The notes under the pieces were generated by a model, which saw nothing but the letters and a program-made list of their open reading frames with translations, was not told where the DNA came from and made no database searches. A stretch of DNA of 64,000 nucleotides, from positions 26,660,001 through 26,724,000 of the forward strand of contig OZ076421.1 in assembly GCA_964187785.1 (NCBI GenBank). The letters run 5' to 3'. Below are positions 48,739 to 62,700 of this stretch, in pieces; positions within the stretch are counted from its first letter, which is position 1, and every line of letters begins with the position of its first letter. The stretch is from Amphiscolops sp. MND2022 (Eukaryota). A program made the translations under genes and the position numbers.

Positions 48739-49499
48739 TATCCAGTTGGGTGGAAAAAATAAAAATACTCAAAGAGGGGGCCTTTGGCGACATGAAAAAA
48801 AATCGGGAGAAGAGTCTAATACTGCCGGAAAAAAACAGTAAAACCAATTGAAAAAAGTTTCAAAAACTATGGTACTCAAAGGTAGCGCACAAAGATAGGA
48901 AGGCCTTTAGAAATTTTGTAAAAAGTGGACTTTTCAGTGGGACCTGTGTGGTCTAGAAAACAAAGGTCGCTGTAAGAGTTGGTCAGTTTTTGTTTCAAAA
49001 AGCGCCAAGTAAAAATGAGAATTCATGTGATAAAAGAGGTAATGTTCAGGTAAAAATTAGCTGAATAGTTAAGGATACTTTGTTTTGCTTGCAAATGCAA
49101 AGATCTTGAATGTATCAAAATGGAGTGATCTCTGTTTCCACTTTTAGCTCACCGAAAAATGTTAGTACCATTTCAAAAGTTCTCTAAAAATTGGCTTCTG
49201 AAGAATATTTGTCTATGACAACTTGTATCCCTATATGGAAATATCGTATGGTCTAACGTTAGATCAACTCGGCGATAAGCAGTGGAACGAGGTCTAAAAT
49301 CAACGTTTTTTGGTGAATTATGATCCAATTTTTCTGTATTTTGGTAGATTGAGGCTGAAGATTAGTGTATCCCGTAGAATGATGCCTTCATCTTGTGTTT
49401 TGTCGTTATTCCAATGTTGGGACTTTTTTTACAAAAATGAATTAGTTGTTTCACAAAATGTTAGTATCTTGATGGAATAAACTACTGTATACATTAGTT

Positions 49500-50772
49500 T
49501 TCATCGGTGGTTCATGAAGTGAAACGTGACAATAATAGTGACTTTTTTCAATCCACACGAACTGACCAAAATATTTCTTCAAAGTACTCCCTTGTTGAAA
49601 CTGCGTGAACTTTTTGCATGTACTTTAATGTTGCCAGCAACTTTTTTCATGATTTTCTAAAACTCTTACGGAAACTTTCATGCGACAATATTTCCCTGTT
49701 GTATTTAACTTTTATCGAGCTGCTTGAAAGATTCATCAAAGTTTTGGCGGCAATTTTAAGCCTTGAAGTTTTGCACGTTTCATTATGCATCAGTTCTAAT
49801 TTTAAAGCAGCTGAGACATTAGCAAATTTGCCGTCATTTTAATGCAAATTAACTTCATTCACAATGTAAACAACAAACTAGGGTCATCTTCAGCGTCCTA
49901 TTTGAGAAGCGGTGGTCAAATCAGATGAGTAGTTGAGAAAATAAGGTGTGAATACAAAGTGATTGTGTCGGTAATGTAGTGGAATTTATTTTCAAATATA
50001 CTAACAGGAGTGGAAAATTCAGTGTAATTGTACATGATTTACTATCCGAAGTTCTCTGAATTTTCTAGGTTTCATAACAAAAATTACCCTGCATACAGGC
50101 CTACAGCATGTAAAAAGTTCCTGTAGTTTCAACTAGGGCTACGAAACTTTAAGGTAGCAAATTGGACCGTTTGACCGAAGGAAATTAACCAAAAGGGCTT
50201 TAATCAGCGCATCATTCAATACCAGGTGAACCTTAGGAGTCCCACTTCAGTTTTTTCGATGTTTTGCGACCGAATGGATGTTGAAAAAGCCCAAAGGGTT
50301 CCCCTTTCATTTTTTTGACATTGTGACACTTTTTAGAATACTTTTAATGTCTCAAAGGCTCCCCCTTCACGTTTTTTGATGTTTTGAGACAGAAATATTG
50401 AAAATTCCGAAAGGGTCCCACGATACATATGCCGCTGCGAACTAGCAAGATCTTGCTAGTTCGATTAACAGCCAATAAAAACGCGTTCTTATTTCAGATT
50501 ATACGCGTTACGAGTTTTGCTACAAGGCAAAGAATCACCACTTTCAGTTTTTTTCGGCATTGTGAGACTTTCTTTTCGAAAATTTTTCAAGGTCTCTAGA
50601 GTGTACCCCTTCAATTTTCTTGATATTTTGCAACTGAATGGATGTCAAAAAATCGGAAAAGGTTCCCCCTTTTAGCGCGCCAATTCGGTTCAACTTTTGG
50701 GTTTTTCGGTACTGTAAAAGAGTACTTGACACTTTGAAGTCCTTTTGCTGTTTTTGAGCCTCAGATATGGCG
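49500..50772 (-). mobile_element. Further HINE-like copy or copies in the Pao leader
   Basis: The terminus at about 49505 duplicates 48080-48150. Body motifs at 50230-50700 and end GATATGGCGCCGA at about 50765. A perfect 26-bp palindrome lies at 50438-50463. Confidence 0.5.
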
Positions 50773-51133
50773 CCGATTTATGCCGATCCCGGCTTGTTTT
50801 TCGTCCTTTCGTCTTTCCCTTTAGCCAGCATCAGCGCTGTACGTACTCTCAATTCCGAAAATCTTGCATTTTTTCACAGTTTTTTCGTTTGTGCTGATTC
50901 ATCCAAATTTTTCTGAAGCCTTTTCCATTTCATAGATTGTAAAAAGTACTTATTGGAGCAAAACCGCTTTGAAAACCGAAAGCACACCATTTTGTGCACT
51001 TACAGTAGTGCTTTAATTTTTTGAACGTTTTTGACTTTGCTGAACCAAACGTTAATTTTCGCAGTTTGTATTCATTTTGGGCGCAGTTTTTGACTTTTCC
51101 TGAGATTTGCCCTGCGTGCTGTTTTTTCATTCC

Positions 51134-51266
51134 ATCGAGCCCTATGCTCCCTTAATAACTTTATTCGAGTCTTATGCTCTATCAATCTCCTAATCGAGCC
51201 TTATGCTGTATTGATCTCTTATCGAGCCATATGCTCTTTCATTCCCTTATTGAACCCTATGCTCTT
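51134..51266. repeat. 28-30-bp degenerate minisatellite, 5 copies, upstream of Pao gag
   Basis: ATCGAGCCYTATGCTC core at about 51134, 51164, 51193, 51221 and 51250. Confidence 0.8.
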
Positions 51267-51739
51267 ATTTCCTTCAAGTTGCATGTTGCCTCCATTTCCG
51301 TGCCTTGCCATTTTAGTAGTCCGAATCAGTAGCTAGCTTGGTTTTTCGTAAACTTTGGGTGTAGTACCGTGTTTCCCGTTTTCCTCCTTTGTCCTCACAT
51401 ACGGGATATAACAGAACAAGTTAGGACAAGTTTTTTTTGTTTTTTGCTGCTTGGTAGCACAAGAGGCAGAGGTTTAACTGGATGTACTCTGACTTTTGTT
51501 TCGGCAGCATACAAATCTAGTTTTTTCAGAACAAAAGCAGTTGATAGTACTCAAAGTACTCCGACTCTTGTTGTTTTCGTCTCCGACAGATCACCTACTG
51601 AGTCGTTCAGATTGAATTTTTTTTTGCGTGTTCAATTGAACTTAGTGGAACGTGAGAGTTTATTTTTTTCATCAGTGTTTTATATGCCAGTTTCAGTTTG
51701 AAAGACTTTCGAAAACAGTTGGTTGAGCGAACGTTCGCA

Positions 51740-54700
51740 ATGCCAGAAAAAGATAAAAAACTCCTTTTGGACAGGAAAAAGTCTATATAAGTTATTTCAA
51801 GCCCTTGATGCTCTCGATGACAATGTCAATGGAAGTTGTCGATGAATAAAAGTACAGGCCTTGATTGACGAATGTGTCAACTTGCAACATATTGTTGCAG
51901 AGATAAATACAAATTGACAAAAAGTGATCCCAAAGGTGTCCTCGCAGAAGCAACTGCTAACGCGGAACAAGTGAATGATCGTTGTAAGCCATCGCTTGAA
52001 GAAGCACGTAACTATGTCTTTGCGCAGTCCCCAAAAAGTCAGAAATCAAAACAGTCTACTAAACGCTCCAAAACCTCTAGTAAGGCACACGCCCTAGTTG
52101 AATTGCAACTAGAACAAGAGGAGCTGGAAAGACAAGGCGCAGAAAAAGTTATTAGAAGCTGAAATGCACCTGAAAGCCTTACAAATTGAAGAAGTCACGC
52201 GTAAAAAGTTTCAATCTGCAAAAGATAAAGCTTGTTTAGCCAGCATTGACGACGATGAGTCAGATAACGATCCGGAAGAGTCAATGATTTCAGCAAAAGT
52301 GAAAGCTGCTACTAAAACCGCAAAATGAGTCAACGACATAGTAGCAAATCGTGAAAGTACGGAAGTCCGTTCCGAACCGATATTGTCTTTTGCAAAAAAG
52401 GCCGTTACCAGTGCTGGTATTTTTCCTCACAGTAATTCTTCACACTTTGTACCAACCCAGCAAACAACTCAATTGAACTTTACTAGGAATCCACCTTCGG
52501 GCCTTGTGAACAAGCCTATATTTTCGAATTGTGACCCACCCCAAAACGTGCAGTTTCACGTACCAAATTCTTCAACTACTAATGCTGCTCCTGCTCTCGT
52601 TCCCCCATCGAACCATGCACTTCCAACTGTACAAACTGGATTACCTGTGGTGAACTTACCATCTTTTTTCGATACTCGTTTGTTTCAGAAATCATTACCA
52701 AAACCTAATTTCAAATGTTTTTCGGGAGATCCATTGAAATGACCTGAAAGAAAGGGCATGTTCCAATCGACCTGTTGTCATTCATCTGTTTCAAATGATC
52801 ACAAGATGCGATACTGGAAACTTTTTCCAGCCGGAAAAGCCAAAGCGACAATAGAGGGTTTTGGTTTTGGTGGTAATTTTTCGAGCAAGCTTTCACTGCC
52901 CTGCAGCGACGCTTTGGGTCACCCCACTTAGTCGTAGATGCAAAAATAGACAAGATGAGGAAAATCCGCATGTCAAAATGCACAATTCGGAATCGATCAT
53001 TGAGTTTTCCCAGGCAGTGGATGCATTTGTATCTGTTCTCTCGTCCGAGCAGTATTTTAGTGACTTGCAGTCCTCTAGTAATTTGTCTCTTCTTGTGTCT
53101 AAACTCCCTATAAATCTTCGAGAACAGTGGTTCGCATTCACTGAGAACTCGAAGTCTGCAGTGAAATTAGTTAGTTTTCGTGATTGGCTACAGAAGAAAG
53201 CGATGATTCATGAACGCCTTCTCTTATCATCTACAAAGACAGAAAAATGTGATTAAAAACCTGAAAGGGTTCGAAGAGCAAACGTCTTGGCAACTAGTGT
53301 CTCCAACTCAACCGATAAAAACCGAAGTAATCAAAATTCATGTCCCCTTTGCCAAGGTAGTTATAAACTGTGGATGTGCGGTGCATTTCTCGGAAAATCT
53401 GTTAAGCAACGAAGTACGTTCGCGTGAGATAATAAACTCTGTTGTTCCTGCCTTCAAGCCGGTCATATGTCTGAGGATTGTAAGATGGATTTGAAGTGCA
53501 TGCAAAAAGTCCCACAATGTCCTTTTACACTTTGAAAACAGCGAGAAGTCTGGCAAAGCCACCGAAATAGCGACTGTGTCAGAAAATTCTATCGCTTCTT
53601 TACTGTTGCACAAGATTTCAGAGGAGCCTTGCAGGTATTAGAAGTTTGTTTGAGGAATGGTTCCTCCGAAGCAAAAGCTTGGACACTTTGTGATACCGGG
53701 AGTACCCATTCGTGGGTGTCTGAGAAGTTGCGTTCTTAAATGGGTTTGAAGGTTTCTCATGAAGTTGTTTTTGTTCGCTGTGTTACTGGGACCAATGAAG
53801 GTAGAACTCGTTGTGTAGATTCGGAGTTTTTTTCGTTAGAGGACAACAAATTTGTTCCGTTGAAATTTTCCGCTTTGGTAAGACCCGGTTTGTACTTGGG
53901 CAATGAAAAGCTAGATCTTCGGAATCTCACCCATGATTGCTCGCATCTGAAACATGTCGTTACTGACGTTATTGATTACTCCAAAATCTATGTGATTCTT
54001 GGTCAAGATGTGTTCTCAGCCATCTGTCCCATCGGTTTTAGTACTTCCGATAAACATTTTCCAGCGGCCGTCCAGTTACCCATCGGCTGTGTTGTTAGCG
54101 GACCGCTGCCTAATTGGAAACAACTGAAGGAAAAATGTTGCATGTTTTCTTCTACTGAAACCAATTCGGATAAAAGCGATGGATGTGCAGATTATTTGTC
54201 ATCACAAGTGTCAAAATGGTGGGCGCTTGAGTTCTACTTTTTGTTTGTCAATGTACCGCCGAGATCTAAAAGTGACAAACAGGCTTTGAAAAATTTGAAC
54301 GAGACATGTTACTTCAATGGTTCTCGTTATTCAGTTGGAATGCTGTGGTAAACTGAACACATCAAACTGCCGAATAATTTTGGGCAAGCCAAAGCTCACT
54401 TATTAAGTCTCGAAAGACAATTAGAAACTACTCCGGAAATCAAAGCTCTTTATTCTGAAACAAGAAAAGCAGACCTTGCCAAAGGTTATGTACGCAATCT
54501 GTCACTGGAGGAAGTAAAGTCCAATTGTGAATTCGCAACAGTGGTATCTTCCTCACCATCCCCTGCAAAATCCACATAAAGCTGATAAACTTAGGCGTGT
54601 TTGCAATGCTGCGTGTAGGTTCAGTGGAACTTCTTTGAATGATGTGTTGTTGCCCGGTCCAGATTTGTTGTGCGATCTCATTGGAATTTTGATACGTTTT

Positions 54701-57540
54701 CGTTTGTTCCGTATTGCAGTGTGTGAAGACATAGAAGCAATATTCATGCAGGTCGAAGTCCCTGTGCATGAGCAGAATTTTCTGAGAATTTTGTGGCGGG
54801 AGGGTATCTCTGATGAGATTGAAATTTTTCAATATACCCGACACATCTTCGGAGCGAAGTCTTCGCCAACTTGCGCTAACTTCGCTGTGCAAAAAGTCGC
54901 AAGCGTTAACAAAGATGATTTTCCTCAAGCCGCCGAACCGGTTTTCGACTCATTTTATGTCGATAATTTTTTGAAATCTTTCGCGTCAGCCGGTAAAGCC
55001 ATTGAAGTCATGACTTAGTTAATTGAGATGATGAAACGGGGTGGGTTCAACTTGACCAAAATCATCACGAATAGCGAATCAGTGTTTGAGTCAAAACACG
55101 AAGACATTGCTTTTGCAAATCCATCCATTTCTGACGTTGGAAGCGTTAGCGTTCTTGGGCTTAACTGGGATACGCGAGATGATACTTTTTCTGTGTCTCG
55201 TGGTGTTTCGAATGATCTTCCGGCCAAGTTAACCGAACAAAAAATTTTATCTTCAGTCTCTTCAGTTTACGATCCGTTAGGCATCGTAGCCCCATTCACC
55301 ATTCGCGGTTGTCTAATCCTAAAAGAATTGTGGTGTTGCGTAGGCCAGTCATGGGACACTGTCGTTCCGCAAAACATCAATGACTTGTTCCATGAATGGA
55401 ATGGCGAGAAAGATGTCATTCCAAACGTAAAGTTAGCTCGTTGTATTTTTACTCAGTCCAGTCATTCAAACATTGAACTTCACACTTTTGTTGATGCATC
55501 CCAAGCAGCCATGTCTGTTGTGGTTTATGTGCGACCCAAATGTAATGAAGAAGTGTTTGTGGAATTTGTAGTCGGAAAGTGCAGCATTGCACCAATCCGT
55601 TCTAGCACGATACCGAAGCTGGAGTTACAAGCAGCCTTGATTGGCATGCGGCTTTGTACAGCAGTCATTTCCTTCTTGCCGTTCGATGATGAACGTTGTT
55701 GGTTTTGGAGCGACAGTTCCACGGTCTTTCATTGGATTTATTCCTCTCACAAAAAACTCGCTGTTTTCGTAGCAAATCGGGTCGCAGAAATCCTCGATAA
55801 CACAACGGTTGATCAGTGGCGGTTTGTACCCGGAATTTGAATCCTGTCGACCTTGGCACAAGAGGATTAAAGTGTAATGAAATAAAGAGTACGGAGTGGC
55901 TCACTGGAGCCTCTTTACTGAAACTTGACCAGAACCAGTGGCCGAAAACAGATCTTCCAATTCAAGAAAATTCACTTCTGACGGCAACAGTTGCCGGTGA
56001 TTTTTTGTTGTCTTCAGTGTTTTCACACTTGTGGTGCAGGATTTCGAGTTTTGCAAAAATTTCTCGAATCCTAGCTTACGTCAAACGCTTCAGTGATCGA
56101 TTGTTGCCATCACGCAGTGGTAATCAGTGCGAAGCTCAAGAGAGTAGTCGTTCTCTTTCCGCTCCGGAGTTAGCATCGGCCGAACTCGTGATTTGGAAAC
56201 ATGTTCAGGCAGAGTCTTTCAGTAATGAAATCAAAGCGTTGAAAAAAGAGCAGCCCATTGCGAACTCAACCAGGATCGCTCCTCTGATGCCATTTTTGTC
56301 AAGCGTACTTTTGAGAGCCTAAGGCCGAGTTCGGAGGGCTTCATTCCTTCCTTTTGAGCAGAAGCATCCAATTATACTTTCTGCCACCCATCCAGCGGTG
56401 AAAGTTTTTTTGCGCAAAGTTCATGTCACTTATAATTTCCATGAAAGCATTGAGTACCTGCGGTCCGTAATACAACAAATGTTTTGGATCCTCGGGTTGA
56501 GGTGTGAGCTCAGACGGATTAAAGTGAAATGTGGACTGTGTAGTAAACGTCAGCCTGAGTCGCTTCAACCGCAAATGGCTGACCTTCCAGTTGAGCGTTG
56601 CTTTCCAATTGAAAATGCCATTCGCTTTCACTGGCATTGACTTCGTTGGTCTATTTGAGATAAGACTTTGCCGTTCGTCGCATAAAAGATGGTGTTGTTT
56701 GTTCACGTGCCTCACCACAAGAGCCGTGCACATTGAGGTTTGTCATGGTCTCACTACCAATTCTTATTTACTAGCTGTTCAAAGTTTCATTGCGCGCCGA
56801 GGTGTACCTTCATCTTTTGAATCAGATAATGGCACGAACTTTGTTGGGGCCGCTCGAGAGCTTCGAGAGTTTGCATCTTTGTTGAAAAGTGATACAAGTA
56901 TTCATTCATTTTTAGCTGAGCGTGCTTGTCATTGGAAGTTCAACCCACCAGCTTCTCCTCATTTTGGAGGAGCATGGGAGAGACTCGTCCGGTCTTGTAA
57001 GAAGGCAATGTTTGTCGTGTTGTCGAGCCGTCGTCTCACTGAAGAGACGCTTTCAACCACCATGTGTCTTGTCCAACAAATTTCCAATGCCAGACTGTTG
57101 ACAGCAATTAGTTCTGATACCCAAGACCTTGAAGCATTAACCCCTAATCATTTTTTACTTAATCGCTCGACTGTTTTTTTGCCTGTCGGTTTAAATCAAC
57201 CTTTGTATTTCTCATATTGCCGTGTTTCTAAACAAGCCCAATCGCACGTTGACTGGGTATGGAAACGTTGGCTTTCGGACTATGTCCCGCAACTTCAGCG
57301 CCGTAGTAAATGGGTTTTTGATTCGTCTTGTCACTTGATTGTTGGTTCACTTGTTTGGATCGTGGACACCGATAGTCATTGAGGCTCTTATCCATTGGCG
57401 CGTGTTGATAAATTGCACTTGGGCGATGATGGTCGTGTCCGGTCTGCAACTTTAAAAACGAAGTCAGTTTCATTGGTTCGTCCTTTGGTGAAGCTTGTTC
57501 CTTTACCAGACATTGGTTCTTATGACCAGGAACGGGGCCC
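51740..57540 (+). pseudogene. BEL/Pao gag-pol, multiply disrupted
   Basis: Gag LPKPNFKCFSGDPLK and Zn knuckles (CPLC; C..C...GH...C). Protease CDTGST. RT with YVDN instead of YVDD. RNase H HTFVDAS. Integrase TGIDFVG, SDNGTNF and FGGAWERLV. Many stops and frameshifts. Confidence 0.93.
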
Positions 57541-57544
57541 GGGA

Positions 57545-58390
57545 TGTTCGGGACACGATCTAAATTATTTATTCTTTCATAGTAACCTCGAAAGAGTAGT
57601 AACTTGGATGACTCTTACGTAACCCTTCTCTTTGAAGTTTAGAGGTCTTTAACGGTCATTCGGGTTTCGTGCTTTGCTTTTGCATTGATAAAAGGTTTTG
57701 CGTTTCGTGTTTACCAACGAAGGTACCATTTCGATCATTCGTGCTCTTTTTTGGGTTCTACGCTTACAGTCGCCTACTGAACCCGGTTCTCGTTAGTTTT
57801 CGGATATAGATTGAACGTTTGTCGATCCATGTCAATCACTTGAATGACACTTCAACAGTTTTCATAGTGAAGTTCCTTGAGTCCAAACGTTACGTAATTT
57901 GATCATCTTTCATTCAGTTCACAACGCCATACAAAAACAATGCTTTTGTGCAGCATGTTCAAATGTCTTTGAACATTCCGGAATCGGTAAAGAGCTGATT
58001 CAACTTGCGTTACTTTTTTACCGGTTTTAATTCATAAGTCAAGAAAAGAGTTTTTTCTCAGACAACTTGTCTGGTACCTGCTAAAGTAACTGAAACGTTT
58101 TGTGAATCAATTCCTAGGACATTTTGAGTTGAAATAACTTGGGAAACAAGCACTGCTCGGGTCAATCCAACATTAAACTTTCACTGCTAGCTGCTGGTTC
58201 CTTTAAGAGCTGTAATCTCGTAACCAAGCCATAATTCCCATTCCTATTTACTTTTGACTAAATATTCAATGTAAATCAACTTTGCTTTATACTTGAACAA
58301 CTAATCAAATAATTCTTCAATTCATTCCTCAGCCTTTTATGCTCCAAAGTTAACAGCCACAAACCCCCTTCGTGCACGCGGGCACAAACA
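57545..58390 (+). repeat. BEL/Pao 3' LTR (TG...CA) with an internal insertion of about 80-90 bp
   Basis: TGTTCGGGACACG...GGCACAAACA. The segment at about 57903-57988 has no counterpart in the 5' LTR. Confidence 0.92.
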
Positions 58391-59399
58391 TCCCCCTCCC
58401 AAAATAGCTATGGCTCAGTTGGTGATGGCGAACAGGGCGGAAAAAATCCCGGTGCTTAGCAGGCGTCTTGTTTTCGTTGTTCTGTCGCTTAATGTGACTT
58501 ATAAGAGTTTAGTACACCGTATGATAATGAAAATTGATTGATACTAAGTGTGAAATTCTTATAAATAGTAATCGAGGAATTTATTGAAAAGATTTCGGTT
58601 ATTTTTGTTGCTTATGATAATAAAATGTTGCTCCTGAAGTTTTCTTTTCCCTGTGACTGTCATCTCAGAAAAGTCATTCTAATTAGGAATAGGTTGTCGT
58701 GTGTATACAAACAACCAAAGGAACAACTCAGCTAGATAACTAAACGGTCGGCTATCTTCGCATTATCTAGGCATTTTGAATCAGTTAGGTCAGCTTCATT
58801 ATGCCATCCGATTTTTGAAATTATTCATGGTAATCATTCATCTTGGACATTGATATGAAACTTTATCAAGGTCAGGAGAAAAATTTGCTCATGGTAAATG
58901 TCAGATTAGTGAAGTAGGCCCATTCGGGGCAGATTACTATTTCTGCTTTAATCTTTCAATAATAATAGAATCATATCTGGAATACCAATGCACTCCTGTT
59001 TAATCAATATTTAGCGCACAATATTTCACTGTACCAGTTTACACCGCCTTTAATTCTTCTCGGAATATAGAAAATATGTATAAATACTAAACGTAGACGA
59101 AGTTTCGCATTCGCATCTGAATGCAGGCGAAGCTTTCAACGAACAAATATTTAACACTCTTTCGCTTCATTCCATTATACGAAAGCAAAATTACGAACAT
59201 TCGCTCGCTTTATCTCAATGACTTCAGCGTACGATTGCCACTCGCTCGTTCCATCGCACGAGAATTGAATTGTCGTCGGCAGCTTGAGAAATTTAATTAT
59301 CACGCTTATAGCCACTCCCGAACAAAATATGAATTATTCAGTGTAAGAATTTTACTGAAAAAAAGTTGACATCTTGAAGTTCCAATAATATTCCGGCTA

Positions 59400-59718
59400 T
59401 CGCAGAAATAATAAAAATGGCAAAACCTTCTGTGTCTCACCGATAGCCCTACTTTTCTAATGGCGGACCAGGCCGCTCCATCAGCCAAAAAATGATTGAA
59501 AACGGAAAAATTATTATTTCCGGAAGATTTGTGTCTAGCAATTAAAAAACACAGATGCGGGAAAACAAAAAACACATGTGAAAGTATTTACAAAATGCGG
59601 GAGGAAATATTCACCCAAGATACATGTATGATTTTACAATTTTGAACTACAATTTGAAGTCAATTAATTGAAGGAATGACTCATCGATCTCAAATTAAAT
59701 TCCATTCAGAACATAACA
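59400..59718 (-). repeat. Probable 3' LTR of the second Pao element; inner edge supported, outer edge not determined
   Basis: The minus strand reads TGTTATGTTCTG immediately after the PPT. The partner LTR is outside the window, so the start coordinate is a placeholder. Confidence 0.4.
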
Positions 59719-62700
59719 CCGCCTGCCTTGATTTCGCAGGGAAGAATTTAACAAGAGCGTTGAACACGCAAGCGCAATAAAAGAAGGCACACTGAAAGAA
59801 ATATAAGGTTAGGGAACAAAGTCATTTGAAATCATCATTGAAATTAGCATCAAACATTTTCTTCAATTTATGCACCAGTCGATTGTAGATTCCTGTAGCG
59901 GTTTTTATTTTTACGACTCTCACAAACTTGTCTGGGCCGGTGAAGACTGGATTTTAGCCAATGGCCACTGTAGTGGGGAAACATTGTCATCAATTACAAA
60001 AACAATATCACCAACTTTCAAATTAGAAGTTTCTAGTCTCCATTTATTTCTTTCTTGCAGGGAGAGTACATATTCTTTGACCCATCTTTTCCAAAAATGA
60101 GAGACCATTTTCTGTATTTGTGTCCATCTTTTTGTGGGTGAATGTGTACTGTCAGGATTTTTCAAATCATCGGTAGTTTGGCTCAAGGGTAGATTCTCCA
60201 AATTTCCACCCAAGCAGAAATGAGCAGGAGTTAAGAAAAACTCGTCATTTGGATCTTCTGATAATGGGCAGATTGGTCTTGAATTCAAAATCATTTCGAT
60301 TTGACAAAGTAGAGTACATAGTTCTTCAAAGGACAGAACTTTGTTTCCCATAACTTTTCGGAGATGTATCTTTGCACACTTGATTGCTGATTCCCATAGG
60401 CCACCAAAATGAGGAGCTCTTGGAGGGATGAAGAACCACTTGATGTGCAAGCCTGCTGCCTCAGCCTGCAAGGAGTCACAGTGTTCATTCCTTAATATCT
60501 TTTGCAGGTCTGCTATTTCTTTCTCCGAACCAACAAAATTTTTCCCATTGTCACTATAAAGATTTTTAAGACAACCTCTGCGAGAAACGAATCTTCAAAT
60601 GGCTGCAATACATGCTGCTGTACTAAGATCAGAGACTAGTTCCAGGTGAACTGCTTTACTTGCAAAGCACACAAAAAGAGCTAGGTAGAATTTCTCATGA
60701 GAATTCGGAGATTTCCTACAAAGGAAAGAACAAGCAAAGTCTAGGCCCACGTCCTCAAAGGCCTTTATAGGAGGGTCAACTCTTGTCTTTGGAAGATCTC
60801 CCATCAAGGGGAAAAATGGCTTCGAGTTGAAGCGATTACAATTGACACAATTCATTATCATTTTTCGAACCAAATTTCTACAATTGGGAATCCAGAAACG
60901 AGTTCTAATATGAGCAATTGTTTGACTAGTCTCACTATGGAGTGTCAGCTGGTGAGAATTCAATACATTCAGACGTGCGAGGTGACTATCTTGAGGAATT
61001 AGTCTTTGAAACTTGCTTTCTTCGGGCAACTTTGCATGTACTATTCTTCCTCCGACACAAAGAATGCCATGATCGAGAAACGGGTATAATTTGCAGGTTT
61101 GACTCTTGGGCTTAACTTGTTGTGCAATTTCTAGAGTTCGGATTTCTTCCGAATATCGTTTCTTTTGTTTTTGGCGAATCAAAATTATGATTGACTTGTT
61201 AACTCTGGGGCAGTAATGTAACATGGTAAAATAACCACGTTCTTCTTCAGTTTATCAATAAAACGTTTAGCGTAAGCAAGAATTCGGAGGACTTTGTATA
61301 AGGAGTTAAACCTCGACAAATCAATAACATCCTTTTGGGTATCCCTGTGAGCCACAGAGGTATGAAGACTGGTAATTCTTGTTGTTAGAGTCGACTTTTT
61401 CAACTCTTCAGACGTTTCAACAATTGACAATGATTCCGGAAATTCCCCTGTCATTAACCACTTCGGACCATTCCACCAAAGGTCATGTTGGTTTATTTCG
61501 TCATGGTTAATTCCCCGAGATGCAGGATCCGCGGGATTCTCTTCGGAACACACATGATTCCAATTCAATTTGTTTTCACCTTGAATTTCACTAATTCTGT
61601 TTGAAACAAAAGTTGACCAGCGAGATGGTTCTTTTGACAACCAACACAGAACTATTGTTGAATCAGTCCACGCGAAGGTTTTCTCAATAACAACTGGCGT
61701 TTGACCAATAGACTTGATGACATATTGATAAATCCTAGTGCCTAGCAAAGCAGCACATAATTCTAATCTCGGAACAGTTTGTGTTTTCACGGGGCTACCT
61801 CGGTTTTGGCAACAAGCAGGGATGACTTCCGCCTGCAATGAGAATCTGTGGCAACAATATAAATACAAGCGGCATAAGCCCTTTCTGATGCATCACAGTA
61901 GAGATGCAACTCAATCTTGTCCGAGAATCCATCAAGTAATACGAATCGGTGCAATTCCACATCCTTTAAAGAGATCAATTTCGTTCTCCACTTCAAAAAT
62001 TGGTCGGCAAGTTCGGAAGGGAGGTGATCATCCATGAAATTTTTGCTTCCCAAGCCCTTTGCATTAACTGTTTCAAGAAAATGGTAACTGGTGACAACCA
62101 ACGCAATGGGTCAAAAGTCTTTGAAACGTCACTGAGCATTTGTCTTCTGGTCAGAACCTTTGCTTTAAAGTTTTCCTTTTCGATGTGGGAAACCTCAAAA
62201 ACGAAGCGATCTTCGCTGTGTTGCCAAACAATACCGAGCGTTTTTATTGTATGGTCTTTGTCTAAAAACTCCAAGTTATCATTTGCTTCGCGATACTCCG
62301 GCGGAAGGTCTAAGATAATGCTGGATTCGTTCGAAGTCCACTTGCGGAGATCAAATCTTCCTCGTTTAAGAGTTTTTACTGATTGCTTTTGGAGTATTCG
62401 AGCTTCATCGATCGAATTGGCTCCAGTGAGAATGTCATCAACATAAAAATCTCTCAATATAGCTCTTCGAACCTCAGTGGATACTTCCGACAAATTGGCA
62501 CATTCTCGCAAAGATAGGATTGAATGATACAATGAGGAAGCTACGCCATACATAACTCGGGTCATGCGTTAGGTTTCAACCGGACCATCAGCTGTAAATC
62601 TCCAGAGGATCCGATGAAAGTCTCGATCGGCTTTATCCAGCTCAACTTGCCGATACTGCTTCGCTACATCAGCTGATAAAGCAACCTTGAAGAAACGGAA

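Larger units (their letters stand above)
46928..58390 (+). mobile_element. Full-length decayed BEL/Pao LTR retrotransposon with nested insertions
   Basis: Paired LTRs, perfect 5-bp TSD TCCCC (46923-46927 and 58391-58395), PPT-like tract at 57528-57544, and gag-PR-RT-RH-IN order. Confidence 0.95.

Noticed and set aside
58391-58430. Ty3-like Pol III-targeted integration of the Pao element upstream of an A box (GGCTCAGTTGG)
   Set aside because: It is a single site with no matching B box downstream, so chance cannot be excluded.
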